From NCBI GenBank assembly GCA_034669905.1, contig JAXMOL010000024.1:32001-96000 (forward strand): DNA of 64,000 nucleotides, given 5' to 3'. This DNA is from Candidatus Hydrogenedentota bacterium. GTDB taxonomy: Bacteria > Hydrogenedentota > Hydrogenedentia > Hydrogenedentales > JAEUWI01. Positions 14,958 through 25,352 of the stretch are shown here, piece by piece (position 1 is the stretch's first letter; each line of letters begins with the position of its first letter). The position numbers were made by a program, and so were the translations under genes. Below the pieces are notes generated by a model. The model ran no database searches, was not told the DNA's origin, and was given only the letters and a program-made list of their open reading frames with translations.

Positions 14958-17675
14958 ATGAACCGATTGAAACGCGTATTGGGTCCCTGGGGAATTTGTC
15001 TCGCGGTATTGCTTGTCGCCGGAAGCGCTCTGGGCCTCGCGCGCTCCATCTGGGAATTTAACCCCTTCGCCCTGCGGAACGGAGCCACCCAGGCCTCCTG
15101 CCAGAACAACCTGAAGCAGGCCGGCCTGGCGATTCATATGTACTTCAACGAGTCACGGGGGGGCGACTATCCGCTTTTGAGTGATGAAGCCAACAACATT
15201 TTTTTCCATTGGCAGGAACTCTACCCCCAGTTTATCAACGACCGCGATGTGTTCGTATGTCCGGGTCCGGCAGGCGATGCCCCCGCCAACACGTTTACCG
15301 ATAAGTACTATGTCTATACAGGCTATTTCCTCCGCAATCAGGAGGACTTGGATGCCTTTGCAAGCGCCTATACGGCAGAGGTTGCAGGCGATGCCGATTT
15401 CACAGAAAACCTGCCCGGCCCCTCGAGCTACGGTGAGGAAGTCTACCGCCTTAAGGATGGTATCGAGCGTTTTTTCATTACCGATATTAACGATCCCAGC
15501 GGATATTACAAAATCCGCTCCGAGACGCCCGTAATGTGGGAGTGGCCCGACAACCACGACGCCGGTCATGGTGCCAATGTTCTGTATCTGGACGGCCACG
15601 TGGAATGGGTAAACTACGGAGAGAAGTTTCCGGTAACCGAAGAAGCAACGGCCACCCTTGCGGCACTGGCCCTCTACACGCCGCCGACGGATTGGGGAGA
15701 AAACGGTGAATACGTTTCGGACTATGCAACCATCAGCCCTTTCCCCAGCAAGTGCATCAACAACATGAAGCAGATTGGCCTGGTAAATGCCATGTTCTCC
15801 AACGAGTCGGCAGGCGAAGCATTCCCGCCACTCAGCAGCGAAGGCGGCCGGCTTATGTGTGACGCAGAATCGGTCCACCCCGAGTACATCAATGATCCGA
15901 TCGTGTATAACTGTCCGGGACGTGTCGCGTCTGAACCCACCGCGCATTTTGACGACAAGGACTACGTCTACCTGGGCTATCTCATGATGACGGACGGCGA
16001 CGTCCAGCAATTCGCCACTGCGTACAACCAGACCATCGGCGCAGGCGGCGATTTCACCGGTGATTTAACTATCAGCACCAGCTATGGCCCGACCATGTAT
16101 CGCATACGCGATGGGGTTGAGGAATTCGTCGAAATAGAAATCACCGAGCCGACGCAAGATCAGATAACGACCAGTGACATCCCTGTACTGCTGGAGTGGC
16201 CGGAGAATCACGAGGGGAATAGCGGTGGTCATGTCCTCTTCATGAGTGGTCGCGTCGAGTGGATGCCCTATCCCGGTGAATTCCCCATGACCGAAACGAC
16301 CATCACCACCCTGCGGGCCTTGGCGCAGAACACGCCCGCTACGACTTGGGCCGTGGAGCCTCCCCGTCCGGAACCCTACCTCTACATTGGGGAATGCAAC
16401 AATATCTTGCGTCAATGGGGCCTTGTCGACCGCATGTATTCCAACGAATCCCAGGGACAGTTTTGGCCGCCCCTCTCCCTCACCCCCGGAGAACTGGCTC
16501 CCAGAGATGCTGAAGTCTATCCCGAATATGTAGCGGATCGATACTTGGGAGCCTGTCCAGGAGCCGAAGACGAAGGGGAGGTGGAACATTTCGATGACCG
16601 CCATTACGTATATCTCGGCTACGCCATGTTGAACGACAGTGACATGCAGCAATTCGCCACCGCCTATAGCGCCGAAATCGCAGCGGGCGGGGATTTTTCT
16701 GAGGACCTTGTCATTTCGAGCAGCTACGGCGATTCGCTGCTCCGCCTGAAAGAAAACGTCGAAAGTTCCATCGTCATAGACAATGGCAACCCCATTTACC
16801 TGACAGCGGCCCGTCGGGACATCCCCGTCATGATTGAATGGCCCGGCAATCACGAAGGCCAGACCGGCGGCAATGTGCTCTACCTCGATGGCCATGTGGA
16901 GTGGCACGACTATCCGGGCGAATTCCCCATGACCGAGGCGACCATCACTGCATTGGATAGTATTGCCGACTGGACACCAACAACGGCCTGGACCGTGCCG
17001 CGTTTCCCCGGACCCCATGATGAATATGACCACGCGCTGTGCGCAGGCAACGAAAAGCAATTCGGTTATTCGTTCAAGATTTACGCCAACGGCGCAGAGG
17101 GAGAATTCTATCCACCGCTCTCGACCACGGCTGGAAACCTGATGACAGAGGATGCCCGATTCCTGCGCTATTATCTGCGCGACACACGCCGTATGAATTG
17201 CCCTGGCTCGCCGAATGCCTATCGCCAACCCACGGTCGCCGACCACAGTTACGCCTATTTGGGCTACCTCGTTTACAATCAGGAGACGCTGGAGCAGTTT
17301 GCGACTGCCTACCAGCAACAAGCGGCCGGGGGCGGTGACTTTACGGAAGATCTCGTGCTGGGCGAAGAGACCATTCCCCGACTCCGGGAAGGTATCGAGC
17401 GTTTTCTAATCACCGACATTCACGACCCGGGGCTCTCCTTCCCCTCCCAACGTAACATTCCGGTGCTCGTGGAATGGCCAGACAACCACGGCCAGATACG
17501 CGGTGGTAACGTGCTCTATATGGACGGGCGTGTGGAATGGCTCGATTACCCCAGCACCTTCCCCATGACCGAGGAAGCGATGGATATCCTGACTGCGCTC
17601 GCGGGAAGAGGCCCTATCCGGCCTGCAGCCCCGCCCCGGGAAAGCACGCGCCTGGAAGCCCTCTCCGGCGGCTGA
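14958..17675 (+). CDS. Exported protein with four tandem DUF1559/H-X9-DG-like domains
   Basis: ATG at 14958 after GAGGGAG; hydrophobic N-terminus; four ~215-aa repeats starting near 15099, 15753, 16395 and 17040, each running from C-x-N-N-x-K-Q-x-G-L (degenerate in repeats 3-4) to NH...GxNVLYxDGxVEW. Confidence 0.85.
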   Translation: MNRLKRVLGPWGICLAVLLVAGSALGLARSIWEFNPFALRNGATQASCQNNLKQAGLAIHMYFNESRGGDYPLLSDEANNIFFHWQELYPQFINDRDVFVCPGPAGDAPANTFTDKYYVYTGYFLRNQEDLDAFASAYTAEVAGDADFTENLPGPSSYGEEVYRLKDGIERFFITDINDPSGYYKIRSETPVMWEWPDNHDAGHGANVLYLDGHVEWVNYGEKFPVTEEATATLAALALYTPPTDWGENGEYVSDYATISPFPSKCINNMKQIGLVNAMFSNESAGEAFPPLSSEGGRLMCDAESVHPEYINDPIVYNCPGRVASEPTAHFDDKDYVYLGYLMMTDGDVQQFATAYNQTIGAGGDFTGDLTISTSYGPTMYRIRDGVEEFVEIEITEPTQDQITTSDIPVLLEWPENHEGNSGGHVLFMSGRVEWMPYPGEFPMTETTITTLRALAQNTPATTWAVEPPRPEPYLYIGECNNILRQWGLVDRMYSNESQGQFWPPLSLTPGELAPRDAEVYPEYVADRYLGACPGAEDEGEVEHFDDRHYVYLGYAMLNDSDMQQFATAYSAEIAAGGDFSEDLVISSSYGDSLLRLKENVESSIVIDNGNPIYLTAARRDIPVMIEWPGNHEGQTGGNVLYLDGHVEWHDYPGEFPMTEATITALDSIADWTPTTAWTVPRFPGPHDEYDHALCAGNEKQFGYSFKIYANGAEGEFYPPLSTTAGNLMTEDARFLRYYLRDTRRMNCPGSPNAYRQPTVADHSYAYLGYLVYNQETLEQFATAYQQQAAGGGDFTEDLVLGEETIPRLREGIERFLITDIHDPGLSFPSQRNIPVLVEWPDNHGQIRGGNVLYMDGRVEWLDYPSTFPMTEEAMDILTALAGRGPIRPAAPPRESTRLEALSGG

Positions 17676-17737
17676 GTCCGCCTGACCAGGCCCGTAGCGG
17701 GCCAGCGTCCGCCGTGTTTTGATTCGGGAGTGAGCCC

Positions 17738-18616
17738 TTGTTAGAACTACCCTACGCCCTGTCCGCCTTGTGCGCCCTCACGGCCGCATTCCTGGGCTGG
17801 CGCTATGGCCACACCCTCTACCAGCGGGGCGTGCGGCTCACCGGGCAGATTCGTGTCCGGGATTGTCCCCTTATCCCGGTCGTATTGGGCCTCTTTCTGG
17901 TCGCCCACATCCTGACGTCCACCGTCACGGGAAACCCCGTCGTCGGATGGGCCCTTCCCCTCTGGCTGGAATACTACCTCACCGTCCTCTTGTGGGCCAT
18001 GAAGGTGGCCTTCGCCGCTTTTCCACTCGGCGCTATCGGCACGGTCAGCTATCTCGAAAAACATCGCTTTCGCTATCCCCTGTTGCTGTTCTGCGGGGTC
18101 GTCGTCCTCAGCATCGATACCCTGATCCGGCTCTCTGTGCAGCCCTATCTGGAAGACATTACCCATCGGACCAAGAACGGGGTCATCCTCCAGTCCACGC
18201 CCTCCACCTGTGCCGCCGCGTCGGCGGCCAATATAGCCCGCCACTTCGGCATCGATGTGGATGAAGCCCACATGGTCAAGCTCCTCGGCACCACGTGGGC
18301 CGGCACCAGCCCCGCACAACTGGTCTATGGCTTCGAAGCATTGGGCCTGACGGCGACCAAGGCCTATTCCCAATCGCGGGATATCCGCGAGATCCAGCCT
18401 CCCGCCATCCTCTTCGTCCCGGTGGGCGAGGAACCCGATGCCCATGCTGTCGCCTACATGGGGCCACGGCCGGGAGGCTTTGCCATCTGGGACCCCAGCA
18501 GTGGACCCCAGCTGAAATCCAGGGAACAAATCCAGAGCCATTGGGGTGGGCGGGCCATCGAAGTGCAGACCGATTCATCGGGCCGTGTTGAGCAGGATCC
18601 ACGTCGGGTGATATGA
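17738..18616 (+). CDS. Membrane protein with C-terminal C39-like cysteine peptidase domain
   Basis: Several hydrophobic helices, then QSTPSTC (Q..C), DAHAVAY (His) and IWDPS (Asp). Confidence 0.8.
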   Translation: MLELPYALSALCALTAAFLGWRYGHTLYQRGVRLTGQIRVRDCPLIPVVLGLFLVAHILTSTVTGNPVVGWALPLWLEYYLTVLLWAMKVAFAAFPLGAIGTVSYLEKHRFRYPLLLFCGVVVLSIDTLIRLSVQPYLEDITHRTKNGVILQSTPSTCAAASAANIARHFGIDVDEAHMVKLLGTTWAGTSPAQLVYGFEALGLTATKAYSQSRDIREIQPPAILFVPVGEEPDAHAVAYMGPRPGGFAIWDPSSGPQLKSREQIQSHWGGRAIEVQTDSSGRVEQDPRRVI

Positions 18617-18760
18617 TCCCCTCTTGCGTGCGCTTCGGGTTGAGCAATCCGTGGGAACAACCGTTATAAAAGGCGGTCTGCGCGCACGACGGGCCCTGTG
18701 GGAGCGTTCCGATAATCGGGCCCTCGCCCCATCCCCAGTATTTGGACAAGGAATCATCGT

Positions 18761-20011
18761 TTGAAAACCCTCACCGTCAAAGTCCGCGAAGACCATCTCG
18801 AGACGATTGCCAAGACGAAACCCATGACGGCAATCGCCGAGCTCATCTGGAATGCGCTGGACGCCGAAGCCACGGAAGTGAAAGTGGTCTTCGACCAGAA
18901 CGAGCTGGATGGTCTGGAGGGAATTCATATCATCGACAACGGCACCGGACTACACTACGACGATGGCCTCATGGTCTTTGAGAGTCTGGGCGGCTCCTGG
19001 AAGCGTCCCAACGGTCGTACCCACGCACTCCGACGGGAACTCCACGGAAAATACGGTAAGGGCCGCTTTCGGGCCTTCACCCTGGGCTCCCATGCCAGTT
19101 GGAACACGGTCTACGAAGAAGCCGGGGACCGCTACGCCTTTTCCATTTCCGGGACGGCAAGCACCCTGGGCCAGTTTTCTATCACCAATGCCAAAGGCGC
19201 GCAAGGCGCCCCCACGGGCATGACCGTTTCCATCCTCAACCCGCCACTGAATTGCGGGGTGCTGCTCGGCGTCAAGGCACTGCAGGAAATCACCGATATC
19301 TTCGCCCTCTATCTCCGCCAATACCCCGGCGTGCGGCTAATCTACAACGATACGGTCATCGATCCCGCCAATGCGGAACAGGGCTTCAGTCGCTATCCCC
19401 TGGAAGAAATGGTGATGGAGAATGGCGAACGTGTCACGGCAGAATTGGAGGTTGTCGAATGGAACCTCCCCGGCAAGCGGGGCGTCTATCTCTGTGACGA
19501 GCACGGGTTCATGCGCCACAACGCCCTGCCGCGCCTTCATTTTCGCGGATTCAGCTACACGGCCTACCTGAAGTCTTCCCATATTACGGTGCTTGACCGG
19601 GAAGGGCTCCTCCAGGCGGGCGAGCTCTGCTCCGATGTACGCCAACTTCTGGATCGGGTACGGGCCAAATTGCGGGAACATTTCACACTGCAGGAAGCCA
19701 AGCGCGCGCTGGACACGCTGGAGCAATGGCAGGCGGACGAAATATATCCCTACCACGGCAGCAGCCGGGATGACGCGGAGTCGAACGAGCGACGCATCTT
19801 CGACATTTACGCGACCCACCTCCACCAGATTTTCCCGGAGTTCTCGAGCGCCAGCCTGCGCAGTAAGCGGCTGACCCTGTCGCTGCTAAAGGAACTCGTG
19901 GCCTCCGAGCCCACACGGGTAGCCCGTGTCTTAGACCAGGTGGTCGAATTCCCGGAAGAGAAGGAAGAGGCCGTCCTGGAACTCATGCACGGACAGGCCG
20001 GTCCCCACTAA
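18761..20011 (+). CDS. GHKL/MORC-type ATPase (HATPase_c_3)
   Basis: ELIWNALDA, DNGTG and GKYGKGR Bergerat-fold motifs; TTG start after AAGGA. Confidence 0.85.
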   Translation: MKTLTVKVREDHLETIAKTKPMTAIAELIWNALDAEATEVKVVFDQNELDGLEGIHIIDNGTGLHYDDGLMVFESLGGSWKRPNGRTHALRRELHGKYGKGRFRAFTLGSHASWNTVYEEAGDRYAFSISGTASTLGQFSITNAKGAQGAPTGMTVSILNPPLNCGVLLGVKALQEITDIFALYLRQYPGVRLIYNDTVIDPANAEQGFSRYPLEEMVMENGERVTAELEVVEWNLPGKRGVYLCDEHGFMRHNALPRLHFRGFSYTAYLKSSHITVLDREGLLQAGELCSDVRQLLDRVRAKLREHFTLQEAKRALDTLEQWQADEIYPYHGSSRDDAESNERRIFDIYATHLHQIFPEFSSASLRSKRLTLSLLKELVASEPTRVARVLDQVVEFPEEKEEAVLELMHGQAGPH

Positions 20012-20036
20012 ATTGCCCGCGCAATTTGCGCCGCCT

Positions 20037-21284
20037 TCAGGACGGTGAAAAGGTGAGCACGGGGTCGGCGTTGGGCGTATGGGTAAGGGGTTCCAACGCA
20101 GCCTGGAGACACTCCGGCACCCCAAGGACAGACTGGCGGGCCCAGATTTCCGAGGCCTGCGGGTGGGCGCCCACCTGGGCCTTGGCTTTCAACGCCGTGC
20201 GGCCAAAGTCGATGCGTCGACACCCCATATTCAGGGCGTCCTCTATCACGGCATGGAGCAACGCAGGTAATACGGGCAGGCCAACACACCGCTCCCGATC
20301 CCAACCGAGACAGAAACACACTGCCGTATCCCGATCACGCACGGTGAATACGAAGGCATCCAACTGTCCGTCTGAGAACAAGCCGCTGCATCGGAACCCC
20401 CCATCGCCCAATTCGGCACCCAAGGCAGGCAGGAATGCTTCCGGAAGGGGGGCAAATGCCCGCCGGTTCTTCTGTTGAATGGCCTGGTAGAGGGTGTGCA
20501 TCCGATTGGCGTGCGGGGCAATTTCGCGTATCCGCTGGACTTGAATCTGGGCACGGCTCAAGTCCCGCGCCACACGATAGGCCCCCATCCGATGACGCAC
20601 GTTCAGGTTTTCCAGGTAATCTTTATACGTTTTCCAACGGTCCGGCATGGAAAGCACCATCGTGGCGTTGGCGTCTACCCGCTGATAGTGACAGGAACGG
20701 AGTGCGCGGGTATCGAAGGCCAGGGTCGACTGCACATCTTTGATGAGCACACTATCGAAATCAGCGACCATGCCTTCCTGATGAAATACCCGCTCCAGAA
20801 ATCCAGTGATGGCCGGCCACAGCAGCCCCATGTCCGCATCGGGATGAACGGCGGCCCCGTGGAATCCGCCGGCGAAAAAGTCGCCACACAGCAGGATTCG
20901 CTGACGCTTACGGGACGTGGTGGGGACTCGGTAGAGCCACTCGGGGTCCGATGCAGGACCCGTGGCACCCGCCGACGACACCTCACCCGGGACTTCGGAG
21001 GGTACGCCCAGTAAATGGGCCACCACGGCCGCGATTACTTCTTTGCCGGAGTAGACCAGTCCATAGCGGGTTGACAGTGCCCGAGGGCCCTGTTCTTGTA
21101 AAATCCGCTGGTATGCGGGAGAGAGAAAAAGTGACTGGCCGGCCGTCAGGGCCTCCCAATCCTTTTCATTCAAGAATTCCAGCCGGTCGGCCACGGCGTA
21201 GGAATACGTTGCCCCACCCCTTCGAATCCCCTTTGCCAGCTTGCGAGACACCCCATTCCGTAGACTTCGTTGTCGGGTACGCAC
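20037..21284 (-). CDS. GNAT-family (FemAB-like) acyltransferase
   Basis: 415-aa ORF with W..Y.DYL..L, IEDALNMGCRRIDFGRTALKAKAQVGA C-terminal GNAT pattern. Confidence 0.7.
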   Translation of the reverse strand: MRTRQRSLRNGVSRKLAKGIRRGGATYSYAVADRLEFLNEKDWEALTAGQSLFLSPAYQRILQEQGPRALSTRYGLVYSGKEVIAAVVAHLLGVPSEVPGEVSSAGATGPASDPEWLYRVPTTSRKRQRILLCGDFFAGGFHGAAVHPDADMGLLWPAITGFLERVFHQEGMVADFDSVLIKDVQSTLAFDTRALRSCHYQRVDANATMVLSMPDRWKTYKDYLENLNVRHRMGAYRVARDLSRAQIQVQRIREIAPHANRMHTLYQAIQQKNRRAFAPLPEAFLPALGAELGDGGFRCSGLFSDGQLDAFVFTVRDRDTAVCFCLGWDRERCVGLPVLPALLHAVIEDALNMGCRRIDFGRTALKAKAQVGAHPQASEIWARQSVLGVPECLQAALEPLTHTPNADPVLTFSPS

Positions 21285-21472
21285 TAACTCTGCCCTTTCC
21301 CATCGTCGTCACCCCGTTCGCGTGGGAGCTATCCCGTCCACGAACGTCACCGGATCGCCATGTGTTCCCAAGTGACACGCCGACCCAACCGATTTATGGG
21401 TAACAATCTTCCTCTCACCAACCTGCGCTGCCGTTTCATCATAGCCTAAGTGCCCCCACTTTGCAATGGTTT

Positions 21473-22726
21473 TCAGGGATTTTCGCAGCCCGCCCCTACC
21501 GACGCCTGGGGCAGCTCCTGCGCTTCCCGATCGCGCACGCCGATAAGATAGAGAATCCCATCCAGCCCCACCGTGGACAGGGCGTGTTGCGCATGCTTTT
21601 TCACCAAGGGCTTCGCACGGAAAGCGATCCCAAGCCCCGCAAGTCGTAGCATGGGCAAATCGTTGGCCCCATCGCCAACGGCTACCACCTGATTCAGGCT
21701 GATGTCCTCTTCCTCGGCGAGAAGGCGCAGGCACTCGGCTTTCTTGTCGCCATCGACAATATCACCGACAACGCCCCCGGTCAGTTTTCCATCGGCGATC
21801 TCGAGTTCATTGGCAAAGACATAGTCGACGCCGAGCTTCTTCTGCAGATAGTTTCCGAAGTAGGTGAATCCCCCCGAAATGATGGCCGTCTTATAGCCCA
21901 GTTGATTCAGGGTACGCAATAGACGCTCGGCCCCGTCCGTAAGGGGCAGTTTTTCGGCGATTCCCGCCATGACCGACACATCCAACCCCTTGAGCAGGGC
22001 CAGGCGCCGGCGAAGACTCTCCTGGAAATCCAGTTCGCCCCGCATTGCGGCTTCGGTAATGGCAGATACCTCTTCCCCCACCCCGGCTGCAATTGCCAAT
22101 TCATCAATCACCTCGGTCTGAATCAGCGTAGAATCCATATCGAAGGCCACGAGGCGACGGTGGCGGCGATACAAATCATCCGCCTGAAAGGCAATATCGA
22201 TGCCCGTTTCATGGGAGAGTTCGAGAAAACGGGTGCGCAATGCGTCGGCGTCCTCGGCGATACCCCGCACCGACATCTCCACACAGGCATAGGGGGCGCG
22301 GATTTCATCTTCCATAGGGATTCGCCCTGAAAGCCGATGGATAATATCGATATTCAGGCCGTGCATTGCCAGGAGTTCGGTTACCGCGGCAATGTGCTCT
22401 GCCTCAAGCCGCTCTCCAAGCAGGGTGATAATATGGCGCGCTTTCCCCTGTTGCCGCACCCAGTTTTCGTACTCATCCAACGGGACCGCTTCAAACTGTA
22501 TGTGCACATCCAATTCGTGGGCCTTGAACAGGAGATCTTTGAGAATGGGGGCCGAGTGGGCAGACTCGGGCACCCGCACCAACATGCCCAGGGACAACAT
22601 CTTATGAATAACTGCCTGCCCGATGTCGAGGATAGTGACATCGTATTGGGCCAGAACGCTGCTGAGGGAGTGGGTTACGCCGGGGCGGTCCTCGCCATTG
22701 ACGCTGATGAGGAAAATCTCGTGCAT
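21473..22726 (-). CDS. serB: Phosphoserine phosphatase with two ACT domains
   Basis: GEDRPG ACT start; HAD motifs FDMDSTLI, ISGGF and GDGANDLPML. Confidence 0.95.
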   Translation of the reverse strand: MHEIFLISVNGEDRPGVTHSLSSVLAQYDVTILDIGQAVIHKMLSLGMLVRVPESAHSAPILKDLLFKAHELDVHIQFEAVPLDEYENWVRQQGKARHIITLLGERLEAEHIAAVTELLAMHGLNIDIIHRLSGRIPMEDEIRAPYACVEMSVRGIAEDADALRTRFLELSHETGIDIAFQADDLYRRHRRLVAFDMDSTLIQTEVIDELAIAAGVGEEVSAITEAAMRGELDFQESLRRRLALLKGLDVSVMAGIAEKLPLTDGAERLLRTLNQLGYKTAIISGGFTYFGNYLQKKLGVDYVFANELEIADGKLTGGVVGDIVDGDKKAECLRLLAEEEDISLNQVVAVGDGANDLPMLRLAGLGIAFRAKPLVKKHAQHALSTVGLDGILYLIGVRDREAQELPQASVGAGCENP

Positions 22727-22816
22727 GGATACTTCCAGAATGGGAAAGGCTGAGGGTAGGATGGTTGCGGCCCGTATGCTACGTGGGATCCCCCCTGAAA
22801 TGCAAGATTTCGACGC

Positions 22817-23536
22817 CTAAAGCGCCTGCAATGCCTGCTCGATATTCTGATAGAGACGGGGTAACCACGGGGGCGAATCGGGCCCCGGAGCGGCCTGCTC
22901 CACCACAAGAAGGTCCACCGGGGCAATGATTACCGGCACGGTCCTGCCCACATCGACGACCAGGGTGAACAGCTCCTCGATGGCGGGATCACCCATCGCC
23001 AGGCAACCGACGGAGGCGGTCTGACCGTGGATATAGATGTCACTGCCCGGCTCGTGGCGCCCCTCCTCGCGGGCCCTTTCCTGATCCCACGCATTGGGAA
23101 AATTCAGCCGCATGGAAACATAGAAGCGACTGTTGGGATTCAGCCTCTCAATTTCGTAGATCCCTTCGGGCACCTGACGATCGCCTTCCCGCAATTTGGG
23201 ACCCAGTTTTCCACTTTGCCCAAGGACGGGATAATCCTTAACCCGCTGTAGGGCACCGTCCGAGGCTCCCGCAAAGACCGAAAGTCGCCGTTCGTCCTAG
23301 ATTGCCACCAGGCACAGGCGCTCCGGCGGATAGGTCACGCCCGCCTCATCAAAATCCATCCTCAAACGGGAGCGCGCCGACGCACCAAACTGCTCGAGTC
23401 GGCTCTGCACCGTTTCCTCCCCCTTAAGTCGCTGTATCACCGAAGTTCCGCTCCGCCGCAACGGGGCCTGAAAGACCACTCCTGCGAAGAGAAGCAACAG
23501 CAAGCCCCAGCGCATTCGCCCCCGCAGATATTTCAC
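22817..23536 (-). pseudogene. L,D-transpeptidase (YkuD/YafK-like) interrupted by an in-frame TAG
   Basis: GTG start overlaps the upstream TGA; reads ...LCLVAI*DERRLSVF...GPKLREGDRQVPEG...IYIHG..ASVGC in one frame; TAG at 23297-23299. Confidence 0.8.
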
Positions 23537-24000
23537 AATCCATCCGCCAGACCAAACTGCTTCATATGGTGCGTAAAGTGGCGCCGGTGAAACAGCTGCC
23601 ATTGCCCCGGTGTCAGCGGACCAAAGAATGGATGCATCCGGGTCGGCAATTCGGGCGCACCAAGACGTGCGACATAGGTATCGACCGTGTCCTGAAAGGT
23701 TTCCAGTGTCACGACCGGAAAGAGCATTTCCTGGGACACCCCTTCGGGGCGCGGCAGTTTGATGCCCCGTGGGATCTCCCGGAGCCCATAAAGGACCACG
23801 TGTCGGAAGATATGTTTTGTCTTGAAGTTTCCCCGAAAGGGCATCTCGGGACCTTGCCCCAAGGTATAGTTCAATGTCTGGTTGAGGTGTCCAAGTACCT
23901 GGCCCCGGGTCATCTCCCCCCACTCGGGTGTCACATCCTCTGCGAGACTTGCGAAACGTCCCTTTGCCAACTCGCCGAATGCCCTGTCGAATCGTTTCAT
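23533..24000 (-). CDS. DinB-superfamily DUF1569 protein
   Basis: ATG at 24000 after AAGGA; WGEMT..QVLGHL, HPFFGPLT..QW...H..HHMKQFG. Confidence 0.85.
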   Translation of the reverse strand: MKRFDRAFGELAKGRFASLAEDVTPEWGEMTRGQVLGHLNQTLNYTLGQGPEMPFRGNFKTKHIFRHVVLYGLREIPRGIKLPRPEGVSQEMLFPVVTLETFQDTVDTYVARLGAPELPTRMHPFFGPLTPGQWQLFHRRHFTHHMKQFGLADGL

Positions 24001-24132
24001 CTTCGTTTCCTTACGTGTAAGGCCTCCTGAGCCCAGGTCAGCCCATTGTAAGGCGGGAGACAACGGCCATTGCAAGTACAGCAAGTGTACCGCTTCATTG
24101 CGCGTTGGCAACGCCCCTGCTAAAATGCGGCG

Positions 24133-25341
24133 ATGAATTCCTTTCGCCTTGAAATCACCCCGGCCCTCGCCCGGCACATGTCCTACGACAAATTCCCCAA
24201 CCGCCCGGTTCGTATGCTCGTCCTGGAAGGGAACTACTGGGTCGATCAGGCCTGCGCGCGGGCGGCACGGGCCATGGGATGGCAGGTCCAGTGTGTTCCG
24301 GTAAAGATGATCGGGATTATGCCCCGGGAGATGCTGAAGGACCTCTTTGAGGCCATCGTCACCCACCAGCCCGACTTTGTCTTGTCGGTCAATCTCAGTG
24401 GGATGGATGTGGAAGGGATGTTGGCCCACTTCCTGGCCGATTTGCAGGTACCCCACGCCACCTGGTTTGTGGATGGTCCCCGGGCCATCATGGCAGGCAA
24501 TCTCTCCTCGGTAACCCCCTACTCCGTCGCCATGACCTGGGAACCCGCCTATGTCCCCTTCCTGGAATCCTGCGGATTCGCCGATGTGTTCGTGGCGCCC
24601 CTGGCGGTCGATGAAACCCTCTTCCTGCAAGCCCCCTTTCGAAACCACATCCATCCGCCCACCTTTGTGGGCGATTCCATGATTCATCATGCCGAAAAGG
24701 AATGGGCAATCATCCGGGAGAATGAATCGCTGAAAGACGCGGTTGAAGCCGCCTTTGACGCTGGACGGGTCGACCGGACCCATTTCGCTGACGGGGTCCA
24801 TGCCGTGCTGGGTGAAGGAGCTCCCGCCCTGGATGCCGACGCCTTGTACCACGCCGAACGCATCTTCTTTATCGACGGCACCCGCCGGCTGCGCCGTGCC
24901 CTGGTGGAAACCCTGGCCCCCGAAGGTCTTCACGTGCGGGGCGACGTCTATTGGCAGTCCATTACCCCCCAGTGGGGGGAGCCGGTGAAGTATGAAACTG
25001 AGCTTCCGGCCTTCTACCGCGACTGTCCGGTCAATCTGAATACCACCAGCGTACAGATGGCGACTACGGTTAACCAGCGGGTCTTTGACTGCCCCACGGC
25101 CGGCGGCTTTCTCCTGACCGATGAGCAGGCCCATCTTCATGAGCTCTTTGACGTTGAGCGCGACATTGCGACCTACCGCACGTTGGAAGAAGCCCGGGAA
25201 AAGATGCAATGGTTCCTCGCCCACCCCCTGGCCCGCAAGGAATTCATCGAGCGTGGCCAGAAACGCATTCTCGGGGAACATACCTACACCCACCGGCTCA
25301 ACGCCATTGTCGCGCGACTCAAAGAGCGCTTCGGCACCTGA
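24133..25341 (+). CDS. CgeB-like glycosyltransferase
   Basis: WFVDGP, VNLN, NQRVFD...GGFLLTD and HTYTHRL motifs. Confidence 0.85.
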   Translation: MNSFRLEITPALARHMSYDKFPNRPVRMLVLEGNYWVDQACARAARAMGWQVQCVPVKMIGIMPREMLKDLFEAIVTHQPDFVLSVNLSGMDVEGMLAHFLADLQVPHATWFVDGPRAIMAGNLSSVTPYSVAMTWEPAYVPFLESCGFADVFVAPLAVDETLFLQAPFRNHIHPPTFVGDSMIHHAEKEWAIIRENESLKDAVEAAFDAGRVDRTHFADGVHAVLGEGAPALDADALYHAERIFFIDGTRRLRRALVETLAPEGLHVRGDVYWQSITPQWGEPVKYETELPAFYRDCPVNLNTTSVQMATTVNQRVFDCPTAGGFLLTDEQAHLHELFDVERDIATYRTLEEAREKMQWFLAHPLARKEFIERGQKRILGEHTYTHRLNAIVARLKERFGT

Positions 25342-25352
25342 GCCCCGCCACG

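Noticed and set aside
14958..17675. Diversity-generating retroelement target repeats
   Set aside because: Repeats are diverged protein domains without adenine-specific variation, and there is no reverse transcriptase in the window.
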